Assembly: GCA_017544935.1 (NCBI GenBank)
Contig: JAFYDF010000017.1
Coordinates: forward strand, 12,782 to 76,781
Direction: 5' to 3'
DNA length: 64,000 bases
Origin: Clostridia bacterium
GTDB lineage: Bacteria > Bacillota > Clostridia > Christensenellales > Aristaeellaceae
Shown here: positions 55,939 to 64,000 of the stretch, one piece after another
Layout of the letters: every line of letters starts with the position of its first letter
Numbering within the stretch: position 1 is the stretch's first letter
Program-made: the position numbers and the translations under genes
The notes under the pieces: generated by a model
What the model was told of the DNA's origin: nothing
Seen by the model: the letters and a program-made list of their open reading frames with translations, nothing else
The model's database searches: none

Positions 55939-57294
55939 ATGTCAGATTTGCAGATGATACAGGAACAGGGTTCAGGATTTGCGTCAATCAAGGTTGTTGG
56001 CTGCGGTGGCGGTGGCAATAATGCCGTGAACCGCATGGTGGAAGCCGGACTGCGCGGTGTGGATTTCATTGCTGTTAATACCGACCGTCAGGCATTGACA
56101 CAATCCAAGGCTGGGACAAAAATCCAGATTGGCGAAAAAGTGACCAAAGGCCTGGGCGCAGGCGCCGTACCCGATGTGGGACGCCGTGCAGCGGAAGAAA
56201 GCCGTGAGGAGATCGCCAAGGAACTTAAAGGTGCTGACCTGGTATTTGTTACTGCCGGCATGGGCGGCGGTACCGGTACAGGCGCTGCTCCGATCGTAGC
56301 CGAGATTGCCAAGGAGCTGGGATGCCTGACTATTGCGGTTGTGACTAAACCGTTCCTCTTTGAAGGCAAGCAGCGTATGAAGAATGCCGAGATGGGCATC
56401 AGCGAGCTCAAGCAGAATGTGGATACGCTGGTCGTGATTCCCAATGACCGCCTGCTACAGGTGGTCAGCAAAGGTACGACGATGCTCGAAGCCTTCCGCA
56501 AGGCGGATGATGTTCTGCGTCAGGGCATTCAGGGCATATCCGATCTGATCGCGGTACCTGCAGTAATCAATCTCGACTTTGCGGATGTACGCACCGTTAT
56601 GGAGAGCGGCGGTATGGCGCATATGGGTATCGGCGTTGGAAGCGGAGAGAACGGTATGGTAGCCGCTGCCAAGGAAGCTATTTCCAGCCCGCTGCTTGAG
56701 ACCAAGATTGATGGCGCACGCGCTGTGCTGATCAATGTGTCCGGCGGCGAAGATATGAATATCATGGACGTCAACGAAGCTGCGAGCCTGATCATGCAGG
56801 CTGCAGACAGCGAGGCCAATATTATCTTCGGTGCCAACATTGACGAGTCTTTGGGCGACGAAGTGCGCATTACTGTCATCGCTACCGGCTTTGAAAAAAC
56901 ACCTTTCCCGACTCGTGATCCCAAAGCCAAGCGCGGAGTCCGTCCCGCTGCTGTTCCTTATGGAACTGCCGGTGCTACGATTGATCCCTATGCAAATCGT
57001 GCATCTGAAACCAGCGAAGACGCGCCTACTCCTCTGGGCAGCGGTTATGATGCTGACGCTTTCGCATCCGGTGGTGCACGCCCGGCCCCTACCGTACAGC
57101 GTCCTGCAGCACCGTTTGGTTTTGCCCCTGCTTATACCGCACCGAATTTCGGTGCTCCGCAGAATCCGGCACCTGCCTATACTGCGCCTGCGTATCAGCA
57201 GCCTGTACAGCCTGTTGCACCCGTACAGCCTGAGCAGAATGCAACAGAAAAAGATGAGCTTGGAGTACCGGCTTATCTGCGCAGAAAGAAATAA
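55939..57294 (+). CDS. ftsZ: Cell-division protein FtsZ
   Basis: ATG after [21 protein letters not shown], tubulin signature [12 protein letters not shown]-rich linker, C-terminal peptide [11 protein letters not shown]. Confidence 0.95.
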   Translation: MSDLQMIQEQGSGFASIKVVGCGGGGNNAVNRMVEAGLRGVDFIAVNTDRQALTQSKAGTKIQIGEKVTKGLGAGAVPDVGRRAAEESREEIAKELKGADLVFVTAGMGGGTGTGAAPIVAEIAKELGCLTIAVVTKPFLFEGKQRMKNAEMGISELKQNVDTLVVIPNDRLLQVVSKGTTMLEAFRKADDVLRQGIQGISDLIAVPAVINLDFADVRTVMESGGMAHMGIGVGSGENGMVAAAKEAISSPLLETKIDGARAVLINVSGGEDMNIMDVNEAASLIMQAADSEANIIFGANIDESLGDEVRITVIATGFEKTPFPTRDPKAKRGVRPAAVPYGTAGATIDPYANRASETSEDAPTPLGSGYDADAFASGGARPAPTVQRPAAPFGFAPAYTAPNFGAPQNPAPAYTAPAYQQPVQPVAPVQPEQNATEKDELGVPAYLRRKK

Positions 57295-57311
57295 TATCGA
57301 TACAGTATTAT

Positions 57312-57344
57312 AAAACCCTCTCCGAGCGGAGAGGGTTTCGTTTA
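57312..57344. terminator. Bidirectional rho-independent terminator
   Basis: AAACCCTCTCCgagcGGAGAGGGTTT plus a T-run, between the convergent ftsZ and flavodiiron genes. Confidence 0.85.
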
Positions 57345-57361
57345 TTCACAAGATTCTGATG

Positions 57362-58549
57362 TCAACGCAGGAGTTCTTCGACCATTGTAGCTATGCTTGC
57401 ATAGTCTTCCTCAGTAGGATTCCACAGAGAACGGACACTGCTCTCGGTAACAGTAAATCCGGCTTCAGCAAGCTTGGCTTGTAAGAGCTTGACGCTTTCA
57501 CCACTCCAGCCATAGCAGCCGAATGCTGCAGCCTTCTTGTTCCTGAATTTGAGCTGCTTTAGGAACTCCAGCCAACCGGCAACGGAAGAAAGATAACTGT
57601 TGCATACGGTTGGAGAACCTACTGCAATGGCTTTGGACTTGAAGACCTCTGTCATTACTTCATTCTTGTCAGCTTTTGCTATATTAAAGACCTTGACCAC
57701 AGTATCCGGGCTTTGACGTTGGATTTCTTCTGCAATGCCATGGGCGATCTTTGCCGTACCTTCCCACATCGTGTCATACGCTATGGTAATCTGGTTTTCC
57801 TGATACGCATCAGCCCATTCGGCATACTGGCGGACAATCTGAAGGGGATCTTCGCGCCAGATGGCACCGTGCGATGGTGCTATCATTTCGATTGGGAGAG
57901 ACATGGATTCGAGTTCCTGAAGCTTTTTGCTGAGAAGAGCAGCGAAAGGATTCAGAATATTGACAAAGTATTTGAGAGCTTCTTTGCGTAATACGCATGG
58001 GTCTGCTTTATCATTGAAGAGCTCTTCTACTGCATAGTGCTGGCCGAAGGCGTCCATGGAGAACAGGATATTGTCACCAGTCAGGAATGTCGCCATGCTG
58101 TCTGGCCAGTGCAGCATACGCATTTCAATAAAGATGAGCTTTTTTCCATTGCCGATGTCAATGCTGTCGCCGGTCTTGACGACATGAAAATCCCAGCCGC
58201 GCTTGCCATACTGGCCTTCAATGCTTTTGACTGCCTGCGCGGTGCAGTAGATGGGCGTATTTGGTATTTTTTCCATCAGGGCGGTAAGCGAACCGGAGTG
58301 ATCGCACTCACCATGGTTTGCAACGATGAAATCAATCTTGCTCAAATCAATTTCTTTTTGCAAGTTCTCGACAAAATCAAAACGGTGAGGAGTCCAGATT
58401 GTATCGATCAACACTGTTTTTTCTTCTTCAATCAGATAAGCATTCTGACTGGAACCATTATAGATTGAGTAATCATCACCGTGGAAAGTCTCCAGCTCCC
58501 AATCAAGATATCCGACCCAGCTGACATTGTTTTTGATTTGCCTGCGCAT
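57362..58549 (-). CDS. FprA-family A-type flavodiiron protein (O2/NO reductase)
   Basis: Metallo-beta-lactamase-like domain with diiron motif HGECDH, plus a C-terminal flavodoxin domain. 395 aa. Confidence 0.9.
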   Translation of the reverse strand: MRRQIKNNVSWVGYLDWELETFHGDDYSIYNGSSQNAYLIEEEKTVLIDTIWTPHRFDFVENLQKEIDLSKIDFIVANHGECDHSGSLTALMEKIPNTPIYCTAQAVKSIEGQYGKRGWDFHVVKTGDSIDIGNGKKLIFIEMRMLHWPDSMATFLTGDNILFSMDAFGQHYAVEELFNDKADPCVLRKEALKYFVNILNPFAALLSKKLQELESMSLPIEMIAPSHGAIWREDPLQIVRQYAEWADAYQENQITIAYDTMWEGTAKIAHGIAEEIQRQSPDTVVKVFNIAKADKNEVMTEVFKSKAIAVGSPTVCNSYLSSVAGWLEFLKQLKFRNKKAAAFGCYGWSGESVKLLQAKLAEAGFTVTESSVRSLWNPTEEDYASIATMVEELLR

Positions 58550-58972
58550 TGTTTCCTCTCCTTTATTGGTTTAATATCGCGTAAGTGTATTAAATATTCT
58601 TTTATTGTAAGTACATCTTGAGGAATGCCGATCAAGGTTCTGTTCATTGCAGAAAGCACCCAGACCATCTTGAAAATGAAACAACCGAAAAGATGAACAC
58701 CTATAAAGAGCAGTGTTTCATCGGATTCTAGGTGCTATCTGATAATTTCAATGTTCAGAAATATCCAAATTCCTGCTTTTCATGAAATGTCTTACATAAG
58801 AATATACACTTTACTATAACATTCTACTATAGGCAAAGATTCCTGTCCATTGCAGATGCAACAATAATCAATTACTGATAAAGGAAAGCAAAATGTATAA
58901 TACAATTAAGAAGCTTTATTGCACGTGTTTTTTATTTGTGATAAGATGAATTTGAAAGAAGGGGAGATGAAT

Positions 58973-60487
58973 ATGAAAAAGCTAGCCTGCTTGCTTCTTG
59001 TGTTTCTGCTGCTGATAGCATACGTGCCTTCGATGGCAGACAATGGTGCTGTTAACTGGTATGAGGTATTTGTCCGTTCCTATCAAGACAGTGATGGAGA
59101 CGGGATTGGTGACTTGCAGGGCTTGATCAGCCGTTTGGATTATATTGCAGATATGGGATGGGACGGGCTATGGTTAATGCCTGTTATGCCAAGTCCTTCG
59201 TACCATAAATACGATGTGATCGATTATTATGATATCGATAGTGAATACGGCACCCTGGAAGATATGCGTATGCTGATCAGCGAGGCACATGAACGGGGTA
59301 TCGAAATAATTATTGATATGGTAATCAATCATACTTCAACGCAGCATCCATGGTTCCGGACGGCATGTGCTGCTTTGCGCGAAGGAAAAGAAAGTCCATA
59401 CATTGCATATTATAATTTTCAACAGCATGCAGAAAGTGCTTTCATTAATGTGCAGGGTACAGACTGGTATTATGAAGAGCGATTTTCTGGAGGCGCGATG
59501 CCGGATTTAAATCTGGAAAATGAACAGGTATGGGAAGAACTGCGTAAGATTGCTGCTTTCTGGCTGAATGATATGGGCGTAGATGGCTTCAGACTTGACG
59601 CTGTGACCAGTTATCATACCAATAATACGGATAAAAACGTGAAGGCATTATCACGTTTCAAGGCAATATGCGAAGAACTGAAAGAGGGAAGCTATCTGGT
59701 TGGAGAATGCTGGGCTGGGCTTTCAGTAATAGCTGAGTATTATCAGAGCGGCATAGACAGCTTTTTCCTTTTCCCTGCATCTCAGGCAGAGGGATTTATT
59801 GCATCCAGCATGCGCGGGCGGTCTGGGCACGCAGAGAAATTCGCGAAGTCATATCAGAATGTGCTAGAAGCAATACCAGAGGGGATTCTGGCGCCGTTTC
59901 TCAGTAACCATGATACGGGACGCACAATAGGCAGCGTACAGGGACGGAGCAATATTCCTATTGCCAAGTTTGTTGAAGGCGTACTGAACATGATGACAGG
60001 CCGTGTGTTTACTTATTACGGAGAAGAGATCGGTATGGTAGGCAGCGGAGACGATCCCAATAAACGGCTGGCTATGTATTGGAGCGATAAGGACATGACT
60101 ACCCAGCCGCCTGGGGTCACACAGCTGGAGTATGCCTATCCAAGCTGGGAAAAGCAGGCAGAAGATCCCTCTTCTCTGCTGAATTACTGTAAGACCCTCT
60201 ATCATGTACGTAAAGCATTTCCAATGATTGCAGATGGCAAGAATGAATTTGTATATGTGGACAGTGAACTATTGCTCATGCGTCGGATATTGGAAAATGA
60301 GAGCTGTCTCATTGCTATGAATTTTTCAGGGAAATCTGCAGGCAGTCTTGTACTGAATAAATCAGCAGCAATTGCCGCAGATATTGAAACGGGAACCGAG
60401 CAAGCAGAATTAGCTGAAGATGGGCTGACACTATCACTGCCGCCATATGGTATAGTGATTCTGACTGAAGGAGAAGAGATAAAATGA
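58973..60487 (+). CDS. Secreted GH13 alpha-amylase-family glycosidase
   Basis: Signal peptide MKKLACLLLVFLLLIAYVPSMA. GH13 regions DMVINHTS, GVDGFRLDAV, GECW, LSNHDT. Confidence 0.85.
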   Translation: MKKLACLLLVFLLLIAYVPSMADNGAVNWYEVFVRSYQDSDGDGIGDLQGLISRLDYIADMGWDGLWLMPVMPSPSYHKYDVIDYYDIDSEYGTLEDMRMLISEAHERGIEIIIDMVINHTSTQHPWFRTACAALREGKESPYIAYYNFQQHAESAFINVQGTDWYYEERFSGGAMPDLNLENEQVWEELRKIAAFWLNDMGVDGFRLDAVTSYHTNNTDKNVKALSRFKAICEELKEGSYLVGECWAGLSVIAEYYQSGIDSFFLFPASQAEGFIASSMRGRSGHAEKFAKSYQNVLEAIPEGILAPFLSNHDTGRTIGSVQGRSNIPIAKFVEGVLNMMTGRVFTYYGEEIGMVGSGDDPNKRLAMYWSDKDMTTQPPGVTQLEYAYPSWEKQAEDPSSLLNYCKTLYHVRKAFPMIADGKNEFVYVDSELLLMRRILENESCLIAMNFSGKSAGSLVLNKSAAIAADIETGTEQAELAEDGLTLSLPPYGIVILTEGEEIK

Positions 60488-62427
60488 GAATCCGTACATA
60501 TATACTTCAAATTCTTGCAGCTGTTATGGGCATAATTCTTTTTAGCAGCACAATAAGTATGGCTCAAGCAGAGGGCGAAACTCTTTTTGTCCGCAAGGTG
60601 GAAAACTTACCGGATGGCTTTTTCCTGGGAATGGATGTGTCATCTATGCTATCTTTGGAAGCATCCGGCGCATGCTGGAAAGATGAGACGGGGGAGGAGC
60701 GGGATCTGTTTGCGCTCCTCGCGGATAATGGCATCAACTTGATCCGCATTCGTGTGTGGAATGATCCATATGATGCGCAAGGCCATGGCTATGGCGGCGG
60801 GAATAATGACATAGAGGCTGCAGTGACAATTGGCAGACGAGCAACGGAAGCAGGTATGCGTGTATTGATCGATTTTCACTACAGCGATTTTTGGGCAGAT
60901 CCTGCTAAACAACAGGAACCCAAGGCATGGAAAGGGCTAAATGCGAAAGCAAAAGCACCGCTTGTACAGGAATGGACAAAAGACTGCCTTATGCGCCTTA
61001 GAAATTCTGGCGTAGATGTGGCTATGGTTCAGCTTGGAAATGAAACAAATGGGGCTTTATGCGGCGAAAAAACATGGATGGGTATATACAGGATTATGAA
61101 TGCCGGCGCAAATGCAGTGCGGGAGATCTATCCGGATGCATTGATAGCAGTACATTTCGCAAACCCTGAAAACGCAGATAATTATATGACCTATGCTTCA
61201 AAACTCGACTATTACAAACTGGATTATGATGTATTTGGCACTAGCTATTACCCATATTGGCATGGAACATTAGATAATCTGAAGTCTGTCCTTGCCGGAA
61301 TACAGGAAACATATGGGAAACAGGTCATGGTTTTGGAAACAAGTTATGCTTGGACATTGGCAGACGGAGATTTCAGCGGTAATACTATTGGTGAAGGTGG
61401 AGCATATGAAAAACCTTATCCGATAACTGTACAAGGTCAGGCCAACGAGGTGACAGATGTTGTTGCAGCTATAAATGAAATAGGCGGCATTGGCGTATGC
61501 TATTGGGAAGGCGCATGGATTCCTGCTGGCGGATCTTCCTATGCCGAAATCGCTGAAGCTTGGGAACGATATGGATGCGGTTGGGCGTCCAGTTATGCCG
61601 GCGAATATGACCCGAATGACGCGGGAAGGTATTACGGCGGTTGTGCATGTGATAATCAGACGCTATTTGATTTTAGTGGCCGTGCACTTCCGTCGCTTGC
61701 AGTATTCAAACTGCTTCGTACAGGGAATGATGCACCGTTGGCTGTGGATGCATTAGATGATGCTATCATGGAATGTGATCTGAACGCCGAAATCGTTTTG
61801 CCGGCTACTGTAGATGCCGTCATGAATGATAATAGTCGGCAGGCAGTTCCTGTTGAATGGGAACAGATTGATGCTGCAGCGCTAAAGTCTGCAGGTGAAG
61901 CCGAATATACGATTCATGGTATAGCAGGTGGCCGTGAAGCTATATTGCTGCTGAAAATGGTCAAGTTTAACTACGTGCGCAATGGCAGTTTTGAGGACAA
62001 AGATTTGTCTATGTGGCGCTGCGTGAATATTGGAAATACAGAACAATTGTACTGTGAAGAAAAGAAAACTGATTCGCTGAGTGGCGCGCGGCACTGGCAT
62101 TTTTATTCTGAAAAGGGTAAAAGCGTATGCTTTGAACTGGAGCAGGATATTATCGGGCTTCCAGATGGATGCTACAGTTATCGAATCAGCGTGATGGGCG
62201 GCGACGCCGGCGACCAAGAAATTTTCAGCTATGTGAAGATAAATGGAGAAATTGTTGCAAAACAGGCTTCTAAGATTACCAGTTGGAACAACTGGGATAC
62301 ACCCGAAATTAAAGACATAGAAGTTAACGCTGGTGATACCGTTACTGTAGGGTTGCATGTTCGCTGTAATGGAGCAGGTGCCTGGGGAAAAATAGATGAT
62401 GTAGCTTTGAACAGCAGTGCTGATTGA
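60484..62427 (+). CDS. GH53 arabinogalactan endo-beta-1,4-galactanase with C-terminal accessory domains
   Basis: ATGA overlap with the GH13 stop. Close match by eye to Bacillus GanB blocks: IRIRVWNDPYDAQGHGYGGGNND, DFHYSDFWADPAKQ, QLGNETNG, SYYPYWHGTL, VLETSYA. About 270 further C-terminal residues. Confidence 0.85.
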   Translation: MRIRTYILQILAAVMGIILFSSTISMAQAEGETLFVRKVENLPDGFFLGMDVSSMLSLEASGACWKDETGEERDLFALLADNGINLIRIRVWNDPYDAQGHGYGGGNNDIEAAVTIGRRATEAGMRVLIDFHYSDFWADPAKQQEPKAWKGLNAKAKAPLVQEWTKDCLMRLRNSGVDVAMVQLGNETNGALCGEKTWMGIYRIMNAGANAVREIYPDALIAVHFANPENADNYMTYASKLDYYKLDYDVFGTSYYPYWHGTLDNLKSVLAGIQETYGKQVMVLETSYAWTLADGDFSGNTIGEGGAYEKPYPITVQGQANEVTDVVAAINEIGGIGVCYWEGAWIPAGGSSYAEIAEAWERYGCGWASSYAGEYDPNDAGRYYGGCACDNQTLFDFSGRALPSLAVFKLLRTGNDAPLAVDALDDAIMECDLNAEIVLPATVDAVMNDNSRQAVPVEWEQIDAAALKSAGEAEYTIHGIAGGREAILLLKMVKFNYVRNGSFEDKDLSMWRCVNIGNTEQLYCEEKKTDSLSGARHWHFYSEKGKSVCFELEQDIIGLPDGCYSYRISVMGGDAGDQEIFSYVKINGEIVAKQASKITSWNNWDTPEIKDIEVNAGDTVTVGLHVRCNGAGAWGKIDDVALNSSAD

Positions 62428-62568
62428 TCGTATCTGCATGAACTGGTGGCTTTTTATCAAAATTTAATAATTCTCTTGAAAGAATACAACGGTAGTGGTA
62501 TAATTTCTACATAGTTGGAAAAGTCCAACATGCGCATAGGCGCAAAAAAATATAAGGGGGAATTTCTC

Positions 62569-63774
62569 ATGAAAAAGGTATTTGCCATCGTATTGGCGCT
62601 GGTCCTTTGCCTGTCTCTCGCGTCCTTTGCTTCTGCTGAAGGTTTCGATGGAGAAGTAAAGATCTGGGTCGCTGAAGCGACTGTCGAGTTCACCAAGGAA
62701 AAGGTCGAAGAGTTCAAAGCTGCTCATCCCGAGTATGCGAACATGACTGTTAAGATCGAGCCCGTTGGCGAAGGCGATGCTGCCAGCAAGATGATTACTG
62801 ACGTTGAAGCCGGTGCTGATATTTTCGGCTTCGCTCAGGATCAGCTGGCCCGTCTGGTTGCTGCTGGCGCATTGGAAGAAGTTGAGCCCGAAAACGCGAA
62901 GGCTGTTGAAGCTGAGAACGACGCCGGTGCTGTTGGCGCTGTCAAACTGGGCGACACAATGTATGCTTACCCCATGACCAGTGATAACGGCTATTTCCTG
63001 TACTACGATAAGAGCGTTATCTCTGATCCTTCTACCCTTGAGCAGATCCTTGCTGACTGCGAAGCCGCTGGCAAGAACTTCTACTTCGAAATCAACTCCG
63101 GTTGGTATCAGACTGCTTTCTTCTTCGGCGCTGGCTGCGAGCTGACCTTTGATACTGACGACGAAGGCAAGCTTGTCAAGATGAACAGCAGCTATGCCAC
63201 TGAGAACGGTGTGAAGGCTCTGAAGGCTATGATCGAAACCGCCAAGTCTCCTGCGTTCCAGAACGGCTCCTCCATGAGCAATGCTTCCAATGTGGCCGCG
63301 ATCGTTGACGGCGTGTGGGATTCCACTCCTGCTAAGGAAGCCTTCGGCGAGAACTATGCTGCAACCAAGCTGCCTACCGTGGCTGGCTTCCAGCTGGGTG
63401 GCTTCGGCGGCTTCAAGATGCTGGGTGTAAAGCCCCAGACTGATGAAGACAAACTGGGCGCTTGCGATGCTCTGGCTGCTTTCCTGACCAGCGAAGAAGT
63501 ACAGCTTGGACGTTATGACGTAGTTGGCTGGGGTCCCTCCAACCTGAACGCTCAGAAGAGCGAAGCTGTACAGGCTGACGTAGCTTTGTCCGCTCTGGCT
63601 GCTCAGTTGGCGTTCTGCGCTCCGCAGGGCCAGTATCCTGGCAACTACTGGAGCCTGGCTACTGCTCTGGGTGATGACGTCCTGGCCGATAAGCTGGATG
63701 ACGCCGATGACGCCGCGCTGCTGGAGGTTCTGAAGACCTTCGAAGCGACTTGCGAGACCTATCTGGACAAATAA
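62569..63774 (+). CDS. ABC transporter extracellular solute-binding protein (family 1, oligosaccharide type)
   Basis: Signal peptide MKKVFAIVLALVLCLSLASFASA. ATG 7 nt after AAGGGGG. Located in the glycan-utilisation locus. Confidence 0.8.
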   Translation: MKKVFAIVLALVLCLSLASFASAEGFDGEVKIWVAEATVEFTKEKVEEFKAAHPEYANMTVKIEPVGEGDAASKMITDVEAGADIFGFAQDQLARLVAAGALEEVEPENAKAVEAENDAGAVGAVKLGDTMYAYPMTSDNGYFLYYDKSVISDPSTLEQILADCEAAGKNFYFEINSGWYQTAFFFGAGCELTFDTDDEGKLVKMNSSYATENGVKALKAMIETAKSPAFQNGSSMSNASNVAAIVDGVWDSTPAKEAFGENYAATKLPTVAGFQLGGFGGFKMLGVKPQTDEDKLGACDALAAFLTSEEVQLGRYDVVGWGPSNLNAQKSEAVQADVALSALAAQLAFCAPQGQYPGNYWSLATALGDDVLADKLDDADDAALLEVLKTFEATCETYLDK

Positions 63775-63787
63775 TCTGCATTCCCGG

Positions 63788-63823
63788 CAGGCTGGGGACA
63801 GTTAGTCCCCAGCCTGTTATTTT
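63788..63823 (+). terminator. Rho-independent terminator/attenuator after the SBP gene
   Basis: CAGGCTGGGGACagttaGTCCCCAGCCTG (12-bp stem) followed by TTATTTT. Confidence 0.85.
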
Positions 63824-63877
63824 CGGGACGGTGCCAATGCGCACAGTGCCTGAATCGAAAAGGGGGTATGAGTGTGT

Positions 63878-64000
63878 ATGACTGATCTGGACTACTTGAA
63901 ACTGAGTAAGCCGCAAAAGATTCTGCATGATCTCGGAGAAAGCATTAAGAGCCTGCCTGGACGAATTGGCCGCGCTATTGCAGGATTGGGGCTTCGTATC
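63878..64000 (+). CDS. Start of a probable sugar ABC permease (3' end beyond the window)
   Basis: Open frame MTDLDYLKLSKPQKILHDLGESIKSLPGRIGRAIAGLGLRI with AAGGGGG upstream. The product call comes from genomic context only. Confidence 0.35.
   Translation, partial: MTDLDYLKLSKPQKILHDLGESIKSLPGRIGRAIAGLGLRI

Noticed and set aside
54879-56069. 396-aa minus-strand ORF.
   Set aside because: It is antisense to ftsA and ftsZ.

Overview
The window reads as a mostly core chromosomal segment of a Firmicutes/Clostridia-type genome. That inference rests on AGGAGG-type ribosome-binding sites (RBSs), TTGACA-N17-TATAAT promoters, an LL-diaminopimelate (DapL) pathway and the gene content.

Housekeeping genes recognised: rsgA-rpe-rsmA, glyQS, guaB, glgP, queT behind a preQ1-I riboswitch, a BMP-family nucleoside-type ABC importer, galE, argS-dapF-dapL, pepP-efp, and a compact division/cell-wall (dcw) cluster mraZ-ftsL-like-murE-mraY-murD-ftsQ-ftsA-ftsZ. 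A flavodiiron protein gene and the start of a GH13/GH53 glycan-utilisation locus follow.

I found no rRNA or tRNA genes, CRISPR array, transposase, integrase, phage gene or recognisable defence gene.

The accessory-looking content is:
- three ECF sigma/anti-sigma modules, one of which couples the sigma factor to a membrane-anchored CotH kinase-fold protein;
- a second, secreted LTD-CotH paralog in a tight operon with an ABC-F ATPase, a HAD hydrolase and a small unknown protein;
- a single low-GC ABC exporter gene bracketed by a 10-bp inverted repeat;
- a ~1.8 kb AT-rich islet (42.2-44.0 kb) holding gene remnants, an orphan secreted protein and several GACAA/TTGTC inverted repeats.

I cannot demonstrate a clearly novel system from sequence alone. 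The ECF-sigma/CotH pairing is the best candidate. All family assignments come from motif recognition by eye and memory, not from searches.
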